Assembly: GCA_033762915.1 (NCBI GenBank)
Contig: JANRLD010000066.1
Span: 1 to 54,689 of the forward strand
Direction of reading: 5' to 3'
Source of the DNA: Meiothermus sp.
Lineage (GTDB): Bacteria > Deinococcota > Deinococci > Deinococcales > Thermaceae
Length of the DNA: 54,689 nt
The translations under genes and the position numbers were made by a program. The notes beneath the pieces are model-generated. The model was not told the DNA's origin and ran no database searches. It was given only the letters and a program-made list of their open reading frames with translations. Shown in pieces: positions 1-10,292 of the stretch. Each line of letters starts with the position of its first letter. Within the stretch, counting starts at the first letter, position 1.

Positions 1-141
<141 letters not shown>

Positions 142-191
142 GTCTATTCCTCCTAGGAAATTTGGCTTCCGCTTAGCCTGCTTTCAAGGGA

Positions 192-221
192 ACGCCGTCC
201 GTAGCGGTGGACGGACGGCGT
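192..221. other. 11-bp stem hairpin between tRNA-Thr and tuf (processing or stability element)
   Basis: ACGCCGTCCGT-N8-ACGGACGGCGT perfect inverted repeat. Confidence 0.5.
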
Positions 222-225
222 GGGT

Positions 226-301
226 TGGAGCTCGGGAACGGGCTTGAACCGTCGACCTCACCCTTACCAAGGGTGTGCTCTACCAGCTGAGCTACCCGAG
301 C
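226..301 (-). tRNA. tRNA-Thr(GGT)
   Basis: 76-nt cloverleaf, anticodon arm CCTTGGTAAGG, GTTCAAG T-loop, encoded CCA. Confidence 0.97.
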
Positions 302-334
302 ACTCTGTGAACCCCTATCACCAGCTAAAAAAAC

Positions 335-410
335 TGGAGCGGGAAATGGGACTCGAACCCACGACCCTCTGCTTGGGAAGCAGATGCTCTACCAACTGAG
401 CTATTCCCGC
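335..410 (-). tRNA. tRNA-Gly(CCC)
   Basis: 76 nt, anticodon arm TCTGC-TTCCCAA-GCAGA, GTTCGAG T-loop, encoded CCA. Confidence 0.95.
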
Positions 411-494
411 GTTTGGCACTTCGCGCTGTCCAGTGCCTAGAGTCGAGGGTTTTTAACCCTTGACTCCGGACTCTTGACGCACCCTAGGGGTGCC

Positions 495-580
<86 letters not shown>

Positions 581-614
581 GTGAAGCGTGTGCTGGTCAG
601 GCACTAGGTTAGTT

Positions 615-690
615 TGGAGCCGCCCATCGGAATCGAACCGACAACCTTTCGATTACAAATCGAGTGCTCTGCCAGTTGAGCTAGGGCGGC
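615..690 (-). tRNA. tRNA-Thr(TGT)
   Basis: 76 nt, TCGA-TTTGTAA-TCGA anticodon arm, GTTCGAT T-loop, encoded CCA. Confidence 0.97.
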
Positions 691-752
691 AGCCGGACTG
701 CGGTTTTGCCCGATGGCGGTTGGACGGGGGGTTGAACCTCGTCCAAGTGGAA

Positions 753-781
753 AGAGTACACCACACCAAGAGGGCTGTCAA
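753..781 (-). promoter_or_regulatory. sigma70-type promoter of the tRNA-tuf operon
   Basis: Minus strand TTGACA-17bp-TACTCT upstream of the first tRNA. Confidence 0.8.
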
Positions 782-1033
782 GGCACTCAAGCAACATGAA
801 ATGCCGCGAAAACCATGTTGACCAGTGGTTTTTGCGGGGGAGGTGCCGGCGTAAGCCCTGGTGTGCGCTCCCTGAGCCGCACAGGGCACGTAAAACCGGT
901 TTCTCCAGCAGAACTTGCGCAGTGCGGCCCCCCAACACCGCAGAAGTCGGCCTTCATCGCAGGAGGCCTGGGTCAATACTTGGCACCGTTCGACCATACC
1001 TCCGGTCTGCAAGCTTCGGCGAATCCGGGCTCC

Positions 1034-1798
1034 CTACCGAAGCTGCCGCATGTAAACCGTATAGGGCAGGTCGTCCGCGAAGCCGAGCCGGCGGTAGATC
1101 TCGAGACCCTCGGGGGTGGAGTGCAACACCGCCCAGGAAAGGCTACAGCACGCCTCGAGCAGCCTCGAGACCACCCCCGACGCCAGCCCCTGCCGCTGGA
1201 ACTTGGGGGCCGTCGCCACCCAGTACACCCCCAGCGCCGGGTCGGAAGCCTCGGGGGCCGGGGCCAGCAGGCTACAAGTCGCCGCAGGCGTGCCCTCGGC
1301 CAAGGCCAGGAAGTGTCGCCAGCGGGGCATCCTCAGGGTCGGCTCGTAGATTTTCTGGAACATCGCCATGCGGGTGCGGGGCAGCCCGTTGGCCAGGGCG
1401 ATGACCTTCGACCACATATCGAAGTTGGCCTCGGTGACGGGCTCGAGGCTGACCCCCTGCGGCAGCGGGGCGGGCCGCAACCCGCTCAGCTCCAGCCCCA
1501 TCCCCAGCAGTTCGGCCCGCCTAACAAAGCCGAAGCGCTCGAGGTGTTGGCCCAGGTCGGCGGGCCGGCTGGACGGCGAAACGTCCCAGATCAGCGGCAC
1601 CCGCCAGAGATCGAACCGCTGTATCAGCTCGAGCACCTGGGGGTCGAAGTTGCCCTCGAGGCGGGCGTTAAAGACCCGGTTATGCAGTTTGAGGCCGGTG
1701 TGGATGTACTCGAGGTTCCCCGCGTCCACGTGCCGCCGGATTGCCATAGAGCGGATGTGGTCGAAGTAGCTTTGCTCGATGGCGCGGGTGAGGTTCAC
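1034..1798 (-). CDS. GNAT family N-acetyltransferase
   Basis: C-terminal motif A VATAPKFQRQGLA and STPEGLEIYRRLGF. TAAGCT lies 6 nt before the GTG start. Confidence 0.85.
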   Translation of the reverse strand: MNLTRAIEQSYFDHIRSMAIRRHVDAGNLEYIHTGLKLHNRVFNARLEGNFDPQVLELIQRFDLWRVPLIWDVSPSSRPADLGQHLERFGFVRRAELLGMGLELSGLRPAPLPQGVSLEPVTEANFDMWSKVIALANGLPRTRMAMFQKIYEPTLRMPRWRHFLALAEGTPAATCSLLAPAPEASDPALGVYWVATAPKFQRQGLASGVVSRLLEACCSLSWAVLHSTPEGLEIYRRLGFADDLPYTVYMRQLR

Positions 1799-1926
1799 GC
1801 CAACAGCTTATAGCCAAAAAGGTGAGCCGCGAGGAAGGGGGAAAGAGCCTTGCGACAAGAGAGGCCAGAGGCTCGGGTTTTCGCCTCCTGTCCTCCCTCT
1901 TTACCTCCATCCAGTAGAATCCGTCC

Positions 1927-3270
1927 ATGAAGCTCACCCCCTACGGAGCCGCTCAGACCGTCACGGGCAGTTGCCACCTGCTCGAGCACCAGGGCTACCG
2001 GCTACTGCTGGACTGCGGGGCCTACCAGGGCTCGGAAGACGCGCGCAACGAGGAACCCTTCGGGTTCGAGGCGGGGGACCTGGACGCGGTGGTGATGTCC
2101 CACGCCCACAACGACCACATCGGGCGGCTGCCCCTGCTGATCCGCCGGGGCTACCGGGGCCGGGTCTACCTGACCGAGCCGACCCGCCTGATCCTGCCGG
2201 TGATTCTCGAGGACTCCCTGCGCCTGCAGCAAGAAGAGATCGAGCGGGCAGAGCGCAAGGGCCGCAAGGTTCCGCCCCTGCTGTGGGACGAGACCGACCT
2301 GATGGAATTGTACCAGCGGCTCGAGGAAATCCCCCTCTACCAGGCCCACAGCTTCGGCCCCTTCACGGTGCGAACCAAGGTGGCGGGCCACCTGCCGGGG
2401 AGCGTGTTTATTCAGGCCGAGGCCGGCGGTAAGCGGGTGGTCTTCAGCGGCGACCTCGGCCACCGCCGCAAGGAAGTGCTGCCCGACCCCGACTACCCCG
2501 AGACGGTAGACCTGATGCTCTGTGAGTCCACCTACGGCGACCGCTCGCACAAGCCCTTCGACGAGACGCTCGAGGAGTTCGCCAGCGTGCTGAACGAGGT
2601 GCTGGCGCGGGGCGGCAAGGTGTTCATCCCCGGTTTCGCCCTCGAGCGCACCCAGGAGTTGCTGTTTTACCTGAGGGAACTCGAGGAGCGCCGCCGCATC
2701 CCCAGCGTCCCGGTGTTCGTGGACAGCCCCATGGCGGGCAAGATCTCCGACATCTACCCGAAGGTGCGCGACTACTTCAGCCCCGGAGTCCAGAAGCTCT
2801 ATAACCAGGGCCGCGACCCCTTCCGCCCGGCCCAACTCGACTACACCGGCAGCGTGGATGAGTCCAAGGCCCTCAACGACACCGACGGCCCGCTCATCGT
2901 CATCGCGGGCAACGGGATGCTCTCTGGCGGGCGCATCCTCCACCACCTGCGCCACGGCCTCCCCGACCCCAAGAACGCCCTGGTGATCACCGGCTACCAG
3001 CCCAGGGGTGGCCTGGGGATGCTGCTGATTGACGGCGAGACCCGGGTCAAGATCATGGGTAAAGAGGTGAGCGTACGGGCCTCCACCCACACCATCGGCG
3101 GCTTCTCCGGACACGCCGGACAGGACGAGCTGATGGACTGGCTGGACAACCAGACGACCGTGGCCCTCGTCCACGGCGAAGTCGACAAGATGAAGAAGCT
3201 CAGCAAGCGCCTGAGCGAGGACGGGAAGGTGGCGTTTATGGGCGAGTGGGGAAAGGGTATTGAGGTCTGA
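1927..3270 (+). CDS. Metallo-beta-lactamase / beta-CASP family ribonuclease
   Basis: GAAQTVTGSCH, HAHNDHIG, AGHLPGS, FSGDLG, ESTYG and FSGHAG motifs. Confidence 0.93.
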   Translation: MKLTPYGAAQTVTGSCHLLEHQGYRLLLDCGAYQGSEDARNEEPFGFEAGDLDAVVMSHAHNDHIGRLPLLIRRGYRGRVYLTEPTRLILPVILEDSLRLQQEEIERAERKGRKVPPLLWDETDLMELYQRLEEIPLYQAHSFGPFTVRTKVAGHLPGSVFIQAEAGGKRVVFSGDLGHRRKEVLPDPDYPETVDLMLCESTYGDRSHKPFDETLEEFASVLNEVLARGGKVFIPGFALERTQELLFYLRELEERRRIPSVPVFVDSPMAGKISDIYPKVRDYFSPGVQKLYNQGRDPFRPAQLDYTGSVDESKALNDTDGPLIVIAGNGMLSGGRILHHLRHGLPDPKNALVITGYQPRGGLGMLLIDGETRVKIMGKEVSVRASTHTIGGFSGHAGQDELMDWLDNQTTVALVHGEVDKMKKLSKRLSEDGKVAFMGEWGKGIEV

Positions 3271-3549
3271 TCGCAGTAAGGCCTGGGCGACCAGCAAAGG
3301 CGAGAAGGGGCAATCGGCATGAAGACCTCGAGGCCCGCCTTATAGGCGCGGAGCGCTTGGACTTCTGCCGCCTCTATAGCACAGTCCCAAACAGGTGACG
3401 ACCCCTCCCGTTTCCCCGCCGTGCGGCGCTCCCCACCGCCGCCCACAGATCGGTCTGGTATTGCGCCCGCAGCCGGCGTGCGGGACGGGGTCAGTTTGTG
3501 TGTCCCACAGCAATTCCCCAACATCGACGCGAGCACAACCTCGAGGCCG

Positions 3550-3570
3550 AATCAGTAATCATTCTCAATA
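3550..3570. promoter_or_regulatory. Possible Fur-box-like iron operator
   Basis: CAGTAAT-C-ATTCTCA resembles the TGATAAT-N-ATTATCA 7-1-7 motif, in an AT-rich patch upstream of iron ABC genes. Confidence 0.4.
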
Positions 3571-3685
3571 CTCTTAAAATCCGACCTGATTACTTGATTT
3601 ATTTTCCATAGCTTGTTAACTTGAGCTTTGCCCACACCGCCCCCGTCGGCTCGTCGCCGGCGGCTGACGGCCGAAAGCTGACGGT

Positions 3686-5254
3686 ATGGTTCGAAGCCTC
3701 TCCAAACCCATCCCCAAGGGCCTCCTCCTCGCCGCGCTGGCGGTGGCGGCGGCGGTGGTGTTGCCGCTGGTCTACCTGCTGCTGCGGGCCAGCGAGGCGC
3801 GGGGCGACCAGCTCGGGGAGATCGTGTTCCGGGCGCGGAACCTGGGGCTCTTGGGCAACACGCTGCTGCTGCTGGCGGGCGTGGTGGCCTGCTCGACCGC
3901 CCTGGCCGTGCCGCTGGCCTGGCTGACCAGCCGCAGCGACCTCAAGAACCGCCGGCTGTGGACACTGCTGCTGACGCTTCCGCTGGCGGTGCCGGGGTAC
4001 GTGGGGGTGTACGGGCTGTTCGGGGCGAGTGGGGCGGGCGGCTGGATGAACCAGCTCCTGGGCTTCGGGCTGCCGCGCCCCTCGGGGTACTGGGGGGCGG
4101 TGGCGGTACTGACCCTGTTCACCTACCCCTACTTGTTCCTCAACCTGCGGGCGGCCCTGCTGGGACTCGACCCCAGCCTCGAGGAGTCCGCCCAGAGCCT
4201 TGGCTACCGCCGCTGGGCGGTTTTCTGGCGGGTGGTGCTGCCACAGTTACGCCCGGCCCTTTACGCCGGCTGGCTGCTGGTGGGGTTGCACGTGCTGGGC
4301 GACTTCGGGGTGGTCTCACTGGTGCGCTTCGAGACCTTCAGCTACGCCATCTACCAGCAGTACTCCTCGGCCTTCGACCGGGTGTACGCGGCCTGGCTCT
4401 CGCTGATGCTGATCGCCCTGACCCTCAGCCTGCTGTGGCTCGAGTCGCGCCTGATGCGCAACATGGCGCTCAGCCGCACCGGCCTGGGCAGCAGCCGCAA
4501 GACCCGCCCGATCGCGCTGGGAGCCTGGGCCTGGCCCGCCCATGCCCTGCTGCTCTTGCCCCTGGTAGCCGCCCTGGTGATTCCCCTTACCAGCATCGTC
4601 TACTGGGTGGTGCGGCTGCCGCCCGACTACTTCAACGGGGTGTCGGGCATCCTGGAGGCGCTGCGAAACTCGGCCCAGGCCGCCGGGCTGGCGGCGCTGC
4701 TGGCGGTGGTGCTGGCGACCCCGATGGCCTACCTGGGGGTGCGCTACCCCAGCCGCCTGGGGCGCACCCTCGAGCGCATCGCCTACGTCGGCTACGCCAC
4801 CCCGCCTCTGGCCTTCGCACTGGCCCTGGTCTTCTTCAGCCTGCGGGGGGTACCCTTCTTGTACCAGACCCTCGCCCTGCTGGTGGTCGCCTACGCCCTG
4901 CACTTCCTGGCCGAGGCCATTGGGCCGTTAAGATCGGCCCTCTACCAAGCCCCTAGTCGGCTCGAGGAGGCCGCCCGCAGCCTGGGCTACGGGGCGGTGC
5001 AGGCCTTTCTGCGGGCCACCTTTCCCCTACTCCAGCGCGGCCTGATGGCCAGCCTGGCGCTGGTCTTCGTCTCCGCCGTCAAGGAACTCCCCCTGACCTT
5101 CCTGCTGGCCCCCACCGGCGCCTCGTTCCTGTCCACCAGGGTCTGGGGCTACACCGCCGAGGCCCAGTTCGCCGAGGCCGCCCCCTACGCCCTCTTGATC
5201 GTGCTATTCTCGGCGTGTTTCGTGGGGCTTTTGCTCACGCAGGAGAAGCGATGA
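3686..5254 (+). CDS. Fe3+ ABC transporter permease (FbpB-like, two TM modules)
   Basis: Highly hydrophobic, with two EAA loops (LEESAQSLG and LEEAARSLG). Confidence 0.88.
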   Translation: MVRSLSKPIPKGLLLAALAVAAAVVLPLVYLLLRASEARGDQLGEIVFRARNLGLLGNTLLLLAGVVACSTALAVPLAWLTSRSDLKNRRLWTLLLTLPLAVPGYVGVYGLFGASGAGGWMNQLLGFGLPRPSGYWGAVAVLTLFTYPYLFLNLRAALLGLDPSLEESAQSLGYRRWAVFWRVVLPQLRPALYAGWLLVGLHVLGDFGVVSLVRFETFSYAIYQQYSSAFDRVYAAWLSLMLIALTLSLLWLESRLMRNMALSRTGLGSSRKTRPIALGAWAWPAHALLLLPLVAALVIPLTSIVYWVVRLPPDYFNGVSGILEALRNSAQAAGLAALLAVVLATPMAYLGVRYPSRLGRTLERIAYVGYATPPLAFALALVFFSLRGVPFLYQTLALLVVAYALHFLAEAIGPLRSALYQAPSRLEEAARSLGYGAVQAFLRATFPLLQRGLMASLALVFVSAVKELPLTFLLAPTGASFLSTRVWGYTAEAQFAEAAPYALLIVLFSACFVGLLLTQEKR

Positions 5255-5264
5255 GGGTTGGGGG

Positions 5265-5288
5265 CGGGAGGTCGGGAGGTCGGGAGGT
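5265..5288 (+). repeat. (CGGGAGGT)x3 tandem repeat
   Basis: Three exact octamers in the permease-ATPase spacer. Confidence 0.9.
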
Positions 5289-5361
5289 CGGAGACATTGT
5301 CCAGGTCTTTTCGTCCTCGTACCCTCTCCTGCGGCCCACTGCCCACCACCCACTGCCTTTT

Positions 5362-6459
5362 ATGCAAACCCTAAACCCTGAAACCACCCCAACCCCCAAA
5401 CCCCAAGCCCTGCGGCCTGTGCTCGAGGTCAGGGGGCTGACCAAGCGCTTTCACCCCGGCTTGCCGCCGGTGGTGTCGGGAGTGAGCTTTGTGGTCGCGC
5501 CCGCCGAGGTGTTCGCGCTGCTGGGGCCCTCGGGGTGCGGCAAGACCACCACCCTGCGGATGATCGCGGGCTTCGAGGCGGCCGACAGCGGGGAGGTCTG
5601 GGTGGACGGGCAGAACCTCAGCCGCCGGCCGCCAGAGGGGCGCGGGATCGGGTTCGTGTTTCAGGACTACGCGCTCTTCCCCCACCTGTCGGTGCGGGAG
5701 AACGTGGCCTTCGGGCTGCGCCACCTGCGGGGCGAGGCCCGCCAAAAGCGGCTGGACGAGGTGCTGAGCCTGGTCGGTCTGACCGTATTCCAGGGCCGCA
5801 GGCCGCACGAGCTCTCGGGCGGGCAGCAGCAGCGCGTGGCGTTGGCGCGGGCCATCGCGCCCAGTCCCCAGCTGATCCTGCTCGACGAGCCCTTCAGCAG
5901 CCTGGACGCCGCACTGCGCCAGACCACCCGCGACGAGGTGCGCAGCTTGCTGAAGAAGGCGGGCATCGGCGCGGTGCTGGTGACGCACGACCAGGAGGAG
6001 GCCCTCTCGTTTGCCGACCGCATCGCGGTGATGCGCGGGGGAAGCCTCGAGCAGACCGGCACCCCCCAGGAGGTCTACGAGCGGCCCGCCACCGCCTTCG
6101 TGGCCCAGTTCCTGGGGCGCACCAACCTGGTCCCGGGCGAGGCGCGCGGCCACGAGGCCCACACCCCGCTGGGCCGGATCGCCCTTACCCAGGAGGCCCA
6201 CGGCGCGGTGCTGCTCTCGCTGCGGCCCGAGTCGCTGACCCTGCTCACCCCCAGCAGTCAGCTCGGCAACCTCACCAAGAACGTCCTCGAGGCGACCATT
6301 GTCTCGAGGGAGTTCAAGGGCCACGACCTGACCTTCCGCATCCTGCTGGCAGGACGCGAACTCACCGTGCAGGAGAGTCCCAACAGCCCCTTCCAGGTCG
6401 GCGACACGGTGCGCGTGGTGGTGCGCTCCAAGGCCGTGGTGGTCAGCCGAGGCACATGA
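5362..6459 (+). CDS. ABC transporter ATP-binding subunit (FbpC/PotA-like, C-terminal TOBE)
   Basis: Walker A GPSGCGKTT, signature LSGGQQQR, Walker B LILLDEP, H-loop VTHDQ. Start placed at ATG 5362. Confidence 0.92.
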   Translation: MQTLNPETTPTPKPQALRPVLEVRGLTKRFHPGLPPVVSGVSFVVAPAEVFALLGPSGCGKTTTLRMIAGFEAADSGEVWVDGQNLSRRPPEGRGIGFVFQDYALFPHLSVRENVAFGLRHLRGEARQKRLDEVLSLVGLTVFQGRRPHELSGGQQQRVALARAIAPSPQLILLDEPFSSLDAALRQTTRDEVRSLLKKAGIGAVLVTHDQEEALSFADRIAVMRGGSLEQTGTPQEVYERPATAFVAQFLGRTNLVPGEARGHEAHTPLGRIALTQEAHGAVLLSLRPESLTLLTPSSQLGNLTKNVLEATIVSREFKGHDLTFRILLAGRELTVQESPNSPFQVGDTVRVVVRSKAVVVSRGT

Positions 6460-6737
6460 CCCACCCCTCGAGCGTGTTCCAGACCCGCTGCACCCTCTGC
6501 GGGGCCTGCTGCGCCGCACCCGACATATCGGCCCTAAACAAGCCCTTGGGCGTGCCGTGCCAACACCTCGACGCGGAGTGCCGGTGCACGTTTTACGAGT
6601 CGCGCCCGCAGGTCTGCCGCAACTACACGCCCGACTGGGTGTGCGGCGAGGTCGCACCGCTGCTCACGCTCGAGGCGCGGGTGGAGCGGTTCCTGGAGAT
6701 TTACGGCCTGAGCGGCTCGAGGACCCTGTCCGATTGA
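6456..6737 (+). CDS. YkgJ-family cysteine-cluster (Zn/Fe-chelating) protein
   Basis: CTLCGACC...PCQHL...CRCTFYESRPQVCRNY (CxxCxxCC family). ATGA overlap with the ATPase stop. Confidence 0.88.
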   Translation: MTHPSSVFQTRCTLCGACCAAPDISALNKPLGVPCQHLDAECRCTFYESRPQVCRNYTPDWVCGEVAPLLTLEARVERFLEIYGLSGSRTLSD

Positions 6738-6885
6738 AGGTCGCAATAGTTGAACTGCAAAACTCCGCCCCGAGCCGCCGGTTAGGCAATTGCGCCCGAA
6801 ACGCACCGGTGGCCCCTCTGATCTTGTAGCTCACCTTCAGCGGCTCCGCTCGCCACGGCAGCTATCTCGAGGACTTCTAGAGCCG

Positions 6886-8313
6886 CTACGCCCCGACCGG
6901 GGGGCCAGCGCGCGCGGCGTCGGAAGACGCCGGCCGCCACAACCCCCGCTGGAAGAAGAGCAGCTCCAGCCCCAGCACCGCTACTGCCAGCAGGGCCAGC
7001 CAGGGGGCCAGCCAGACCGTGAGGGTGGGGGGCAGGGGCACGTCGGGGGCCGGGCGGGGCAGAAGGGTCTCGGCGGGGGTCAGCAGACCGGAGCGGGTCT
7101 CCCCCCGGGGCGCGACCAGGTTGAAGACCAACACCGGGAAGGCCGGGAGGTCTTGCAGGGTCTGGGCAGGGGGCAGGTAGAGGCCGTTGGGGTGATACCA
7201 GGCCAGGACTCGAGCCGACTCATCCACCGCCAGGGGCCGCCAGTTGGGGCCACTGGGGCGGGGCGGAACGCTCAGGCGGTAGCCGACCAGCTCGGCCCCC
7301 CGCAGGTAGGGCAAGGTGCGCTCGGCATCGAAGACAACGGCCTGCCCCTCGGCACGGGGGGCGAAGTAGACCGTGAAGCGGCCGGGGTCGCCGCCCGGTA
7401 CGCCGATCTCGAAAGCCAGCTCGGTGGGAGCGCCCCGAACCGTCCCGAGCAAGCCCAGGAGGCGCTCGAGGGCTGGGGCGCTGCCGTTCACGCTCACCCG
7501 CACGGGGCGGCGGGAAAACTGGCCAGTGTTGTCCAGGCTCAGGGCATCGCCGCCCTGGATGCGGACGTTGGGGTTGGCGAACGGCACCTCGAGGCCCCGA
7601 TACCCCCCGCTGGGCACCTCGGCCGGGAAGTTCCGCCCGTTCACGGTCACAGTCCCACGCCACGGCCCCGGCCCGCTGTTGGCCAGGCCCACGAAGCCCG
7701 AGCTGACCGCCGTGACCCCGACATTCTGGCCGTTGCCCGCCACGTTCACATGGCCGTCTGCGGCCGGCGAAGGGGTGTCGGAGACCAGCAGCACGGGCGC
7801 ATTCGGCAGCCGCCTACGGCCCTGAGCGATTGCGCCCTCGAGGTCGGCGCCAGACGGGCTCACGAAGGCCGCGTCCAGTTCGTCCAGCAGCGTCCGCCCG
7901 ATCGCCGGGCCGAAGACTTGGTTTTGCCGCCCAGCCACCACCAGCACGGCGTTGGGGGAACGCTCAAGCCGTCCCCGGGCCTGCTCTTTGGCCTGCTCGA
8001 GGCGGCTGGGCGCAACGTCGGTCGCCGCCATCGAGGCCGAGGTGTCGAGCACCACCACCAGCGCGCCGGGCAGATCGAGGGAGGCTCGAGGGTTGGACAG
8101 GGCCAGCAGGCCCAGCGCCGCCGCCAGCAGCAACAGCAACAGCCGCCAGTCGACCCGCCGCCGCGCCCGCCCTTTGCGCTGGGCCTTCTGCCACAGCCAC
8201 AGCCCGGCGATCTTTCGCTCCGGCGGACGGCGGCGGCGATACCACCACCAGACCAGCCCCAGCACCGGCGGCAAGGCCAGCAGCACCCACGGAAGCCCGA
8301 ACGCTAACTGCAC
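6886..8313 (-). CDS. BatA N-terminal + VWA domain membrane protein
   Basis: N-terminal F..PW.LL.L hydrophobic BatA-like segment, MIDAS DTSASM, C-terminal TM helix. Confidence 0.82.
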   Translation of the reverse strand: MQLAFGLPWVLLALPPVLGLVWWWYRRRRPPERKIAGLWLWQKAQRKGRARRRVDWRLLLLLLAAALGLLALSNPRASLDLPGALVVVLDTSASMAATDVAPSRLEQAKEQARGRLERSPNAVLVVAGRQNQVFGPAIGRTLLDELDAAFVSPSGADLEGAIAQGRRRLPNAPVLLVSDTPSPAADGHVNVAGNGQNVGVTAVSSGFVGLANSGPGPWRGTVTVNGRNFPAEVPSGGYRGLEVPFANPNVRIQGGDALSLDNTGQFSRRPVRVSVNGSAPALERLLGLLGTVRGAPTELAFEIGVPGGDPGRFTVYFAPRAEGQAVVFDAERTLPYLRGAELVGYRLSVPPRPSGPNWRPLAVDESARVLAWYHPNGLYLPPAQTLQDLPAFPVLVFNLVAPRGETRSGLLTPAETLLPRPAPDVPLPPTLTVWLAPWLALLAVAVLGLELLFFQRGLWRPASSDAARAGPPVGA

Positions 8314-8482
8314 AGGTATAGGCTACTGGCAATGAGCGATGGGCAATGAGCGGGGAGATACAGGGTGTGGGGTACAGGGTATAAGGTATAGGCAAAAATC
8401 GAGCATCAGACACTTTAGCTTATGCCTTACACGCTACACCCCATACCCGTTTCAACAACCTAGCCCCAAGACCCAATCGCCT
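8314..8482. repeat. Heptamer-periodic intergenic hairpin element
   Basis: GGCAATG/AGCGATG and GGGTACA/GGGTATA/AGGTATA arm followed by a complementary TACACCC-like arm. Confidence 0.7.
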
Positions 8483-8507
8483 TGATGCTGTGCTAACATG
8501 GCGGCTT

Positions 8508-8912
8508 GTGAACGAGATTCGCGGCGGCAGGTGGGTGGCTGAAATCTACGGCTGCAACCTCGAGGTGCTCGAGAACCCCCGCATGGTCGAGGTGGCCCTC
8601 AAGGACGCGGTGATCAAGCTAGGGGCTGCGCCCCAGACCGTGCAGGCCACGGTCTATAAGTTCTACCCCCAGGGCCTCTCGGCGGCGGTGCTCTCCCCGG
8701 TCGCCGCCGTGATGATTCACACCTGGCCCGAGGACGACGCCTCCGCCGCCCTCGACCTCTACTTCTACCGCCACGACGCCGACCCCGACGGCGTGCTGCG
8801 CGGCCTGGCCAGAGCCTTCGGGGCGCGGGAAGAGTCGTCGTTCAAGTACTGGCGGGGCGGAGAGCACGAAGTGAGAAGGAGAGAACAAGGGGCGGGGAAC
8901 AGGGAACAGTGA
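8508..8912 (+). CDS. S-adenosylmethionine decarboxylase-like protein (SpeD/SpeH fold) lacking the ESH cleavage site
   Basis: AEIYGCN, YKFYPQGLS and IHTWPE match class 1b AdoMetDC. The SESH site is replaced by SPVAA. Directly upstream of speE. Confidence 0.85.
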   Translation: MNEIRGGRWVAEIYGCNLEVLENPRMVEVALKDAVIKLGAAPQTVQATVYKFYPQGLSAAVLSPVAAVMIHTWPEDDASAALDLYFYRHDADPDGVLRGLARAFGAREESSFKYWRGGEHEVRRREQGAGNREQ

Positions 8913-8934
8913 GACAAGGGCGGTTAGCTATTAA

Positions 8935-9936
<1,002 letters not shown>

Positions 9937-10292
9937 TCAGTCCGAGGCAGTAGTCAGTCGGGGATCGGGACGCCCTGCAGCAGCCCGTTGGAGCGCCTGC
10001 GCACCAACCACTACAGCCACCCTCTAAACTCACCCATCCTCGAGTAGCGCACTCTCAAAAAAAGAGTGGAAGCTCGGCTCGAGGGGAAGTTTGGATATAT
10101 GGGTGTTTGAAATGCTCGAGGGGCTTGTGCGCTGCTCGAGCATAGCCACCAAAACTTGAATCCTCCCAATGCTCAAGAGGCAGACATTGGGCTATACGAG
10201 TAGAAAGGGTGGTCTCGAGGAAAGTTTATACCTTTCACCCTACACCCTTGTTTTCTCCCCTGCCCCCTGCTCCTCGCTCCCTGCCCATTGTT

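Noticed and set aside
3271..3540. Minus-strand protein-like stretch (VWDCAIEAAEVQALRAYKAG)
   Set aside because: No credible start, RBS or recognisable family, and the ORF runs antisense into the RNase gene.
5535..6455. 400-aa ORF 5535-6737
   Set aside because: The N-terminal part is an alternative frame of the ABC ATPase; the real gene starts at ATG 6456.
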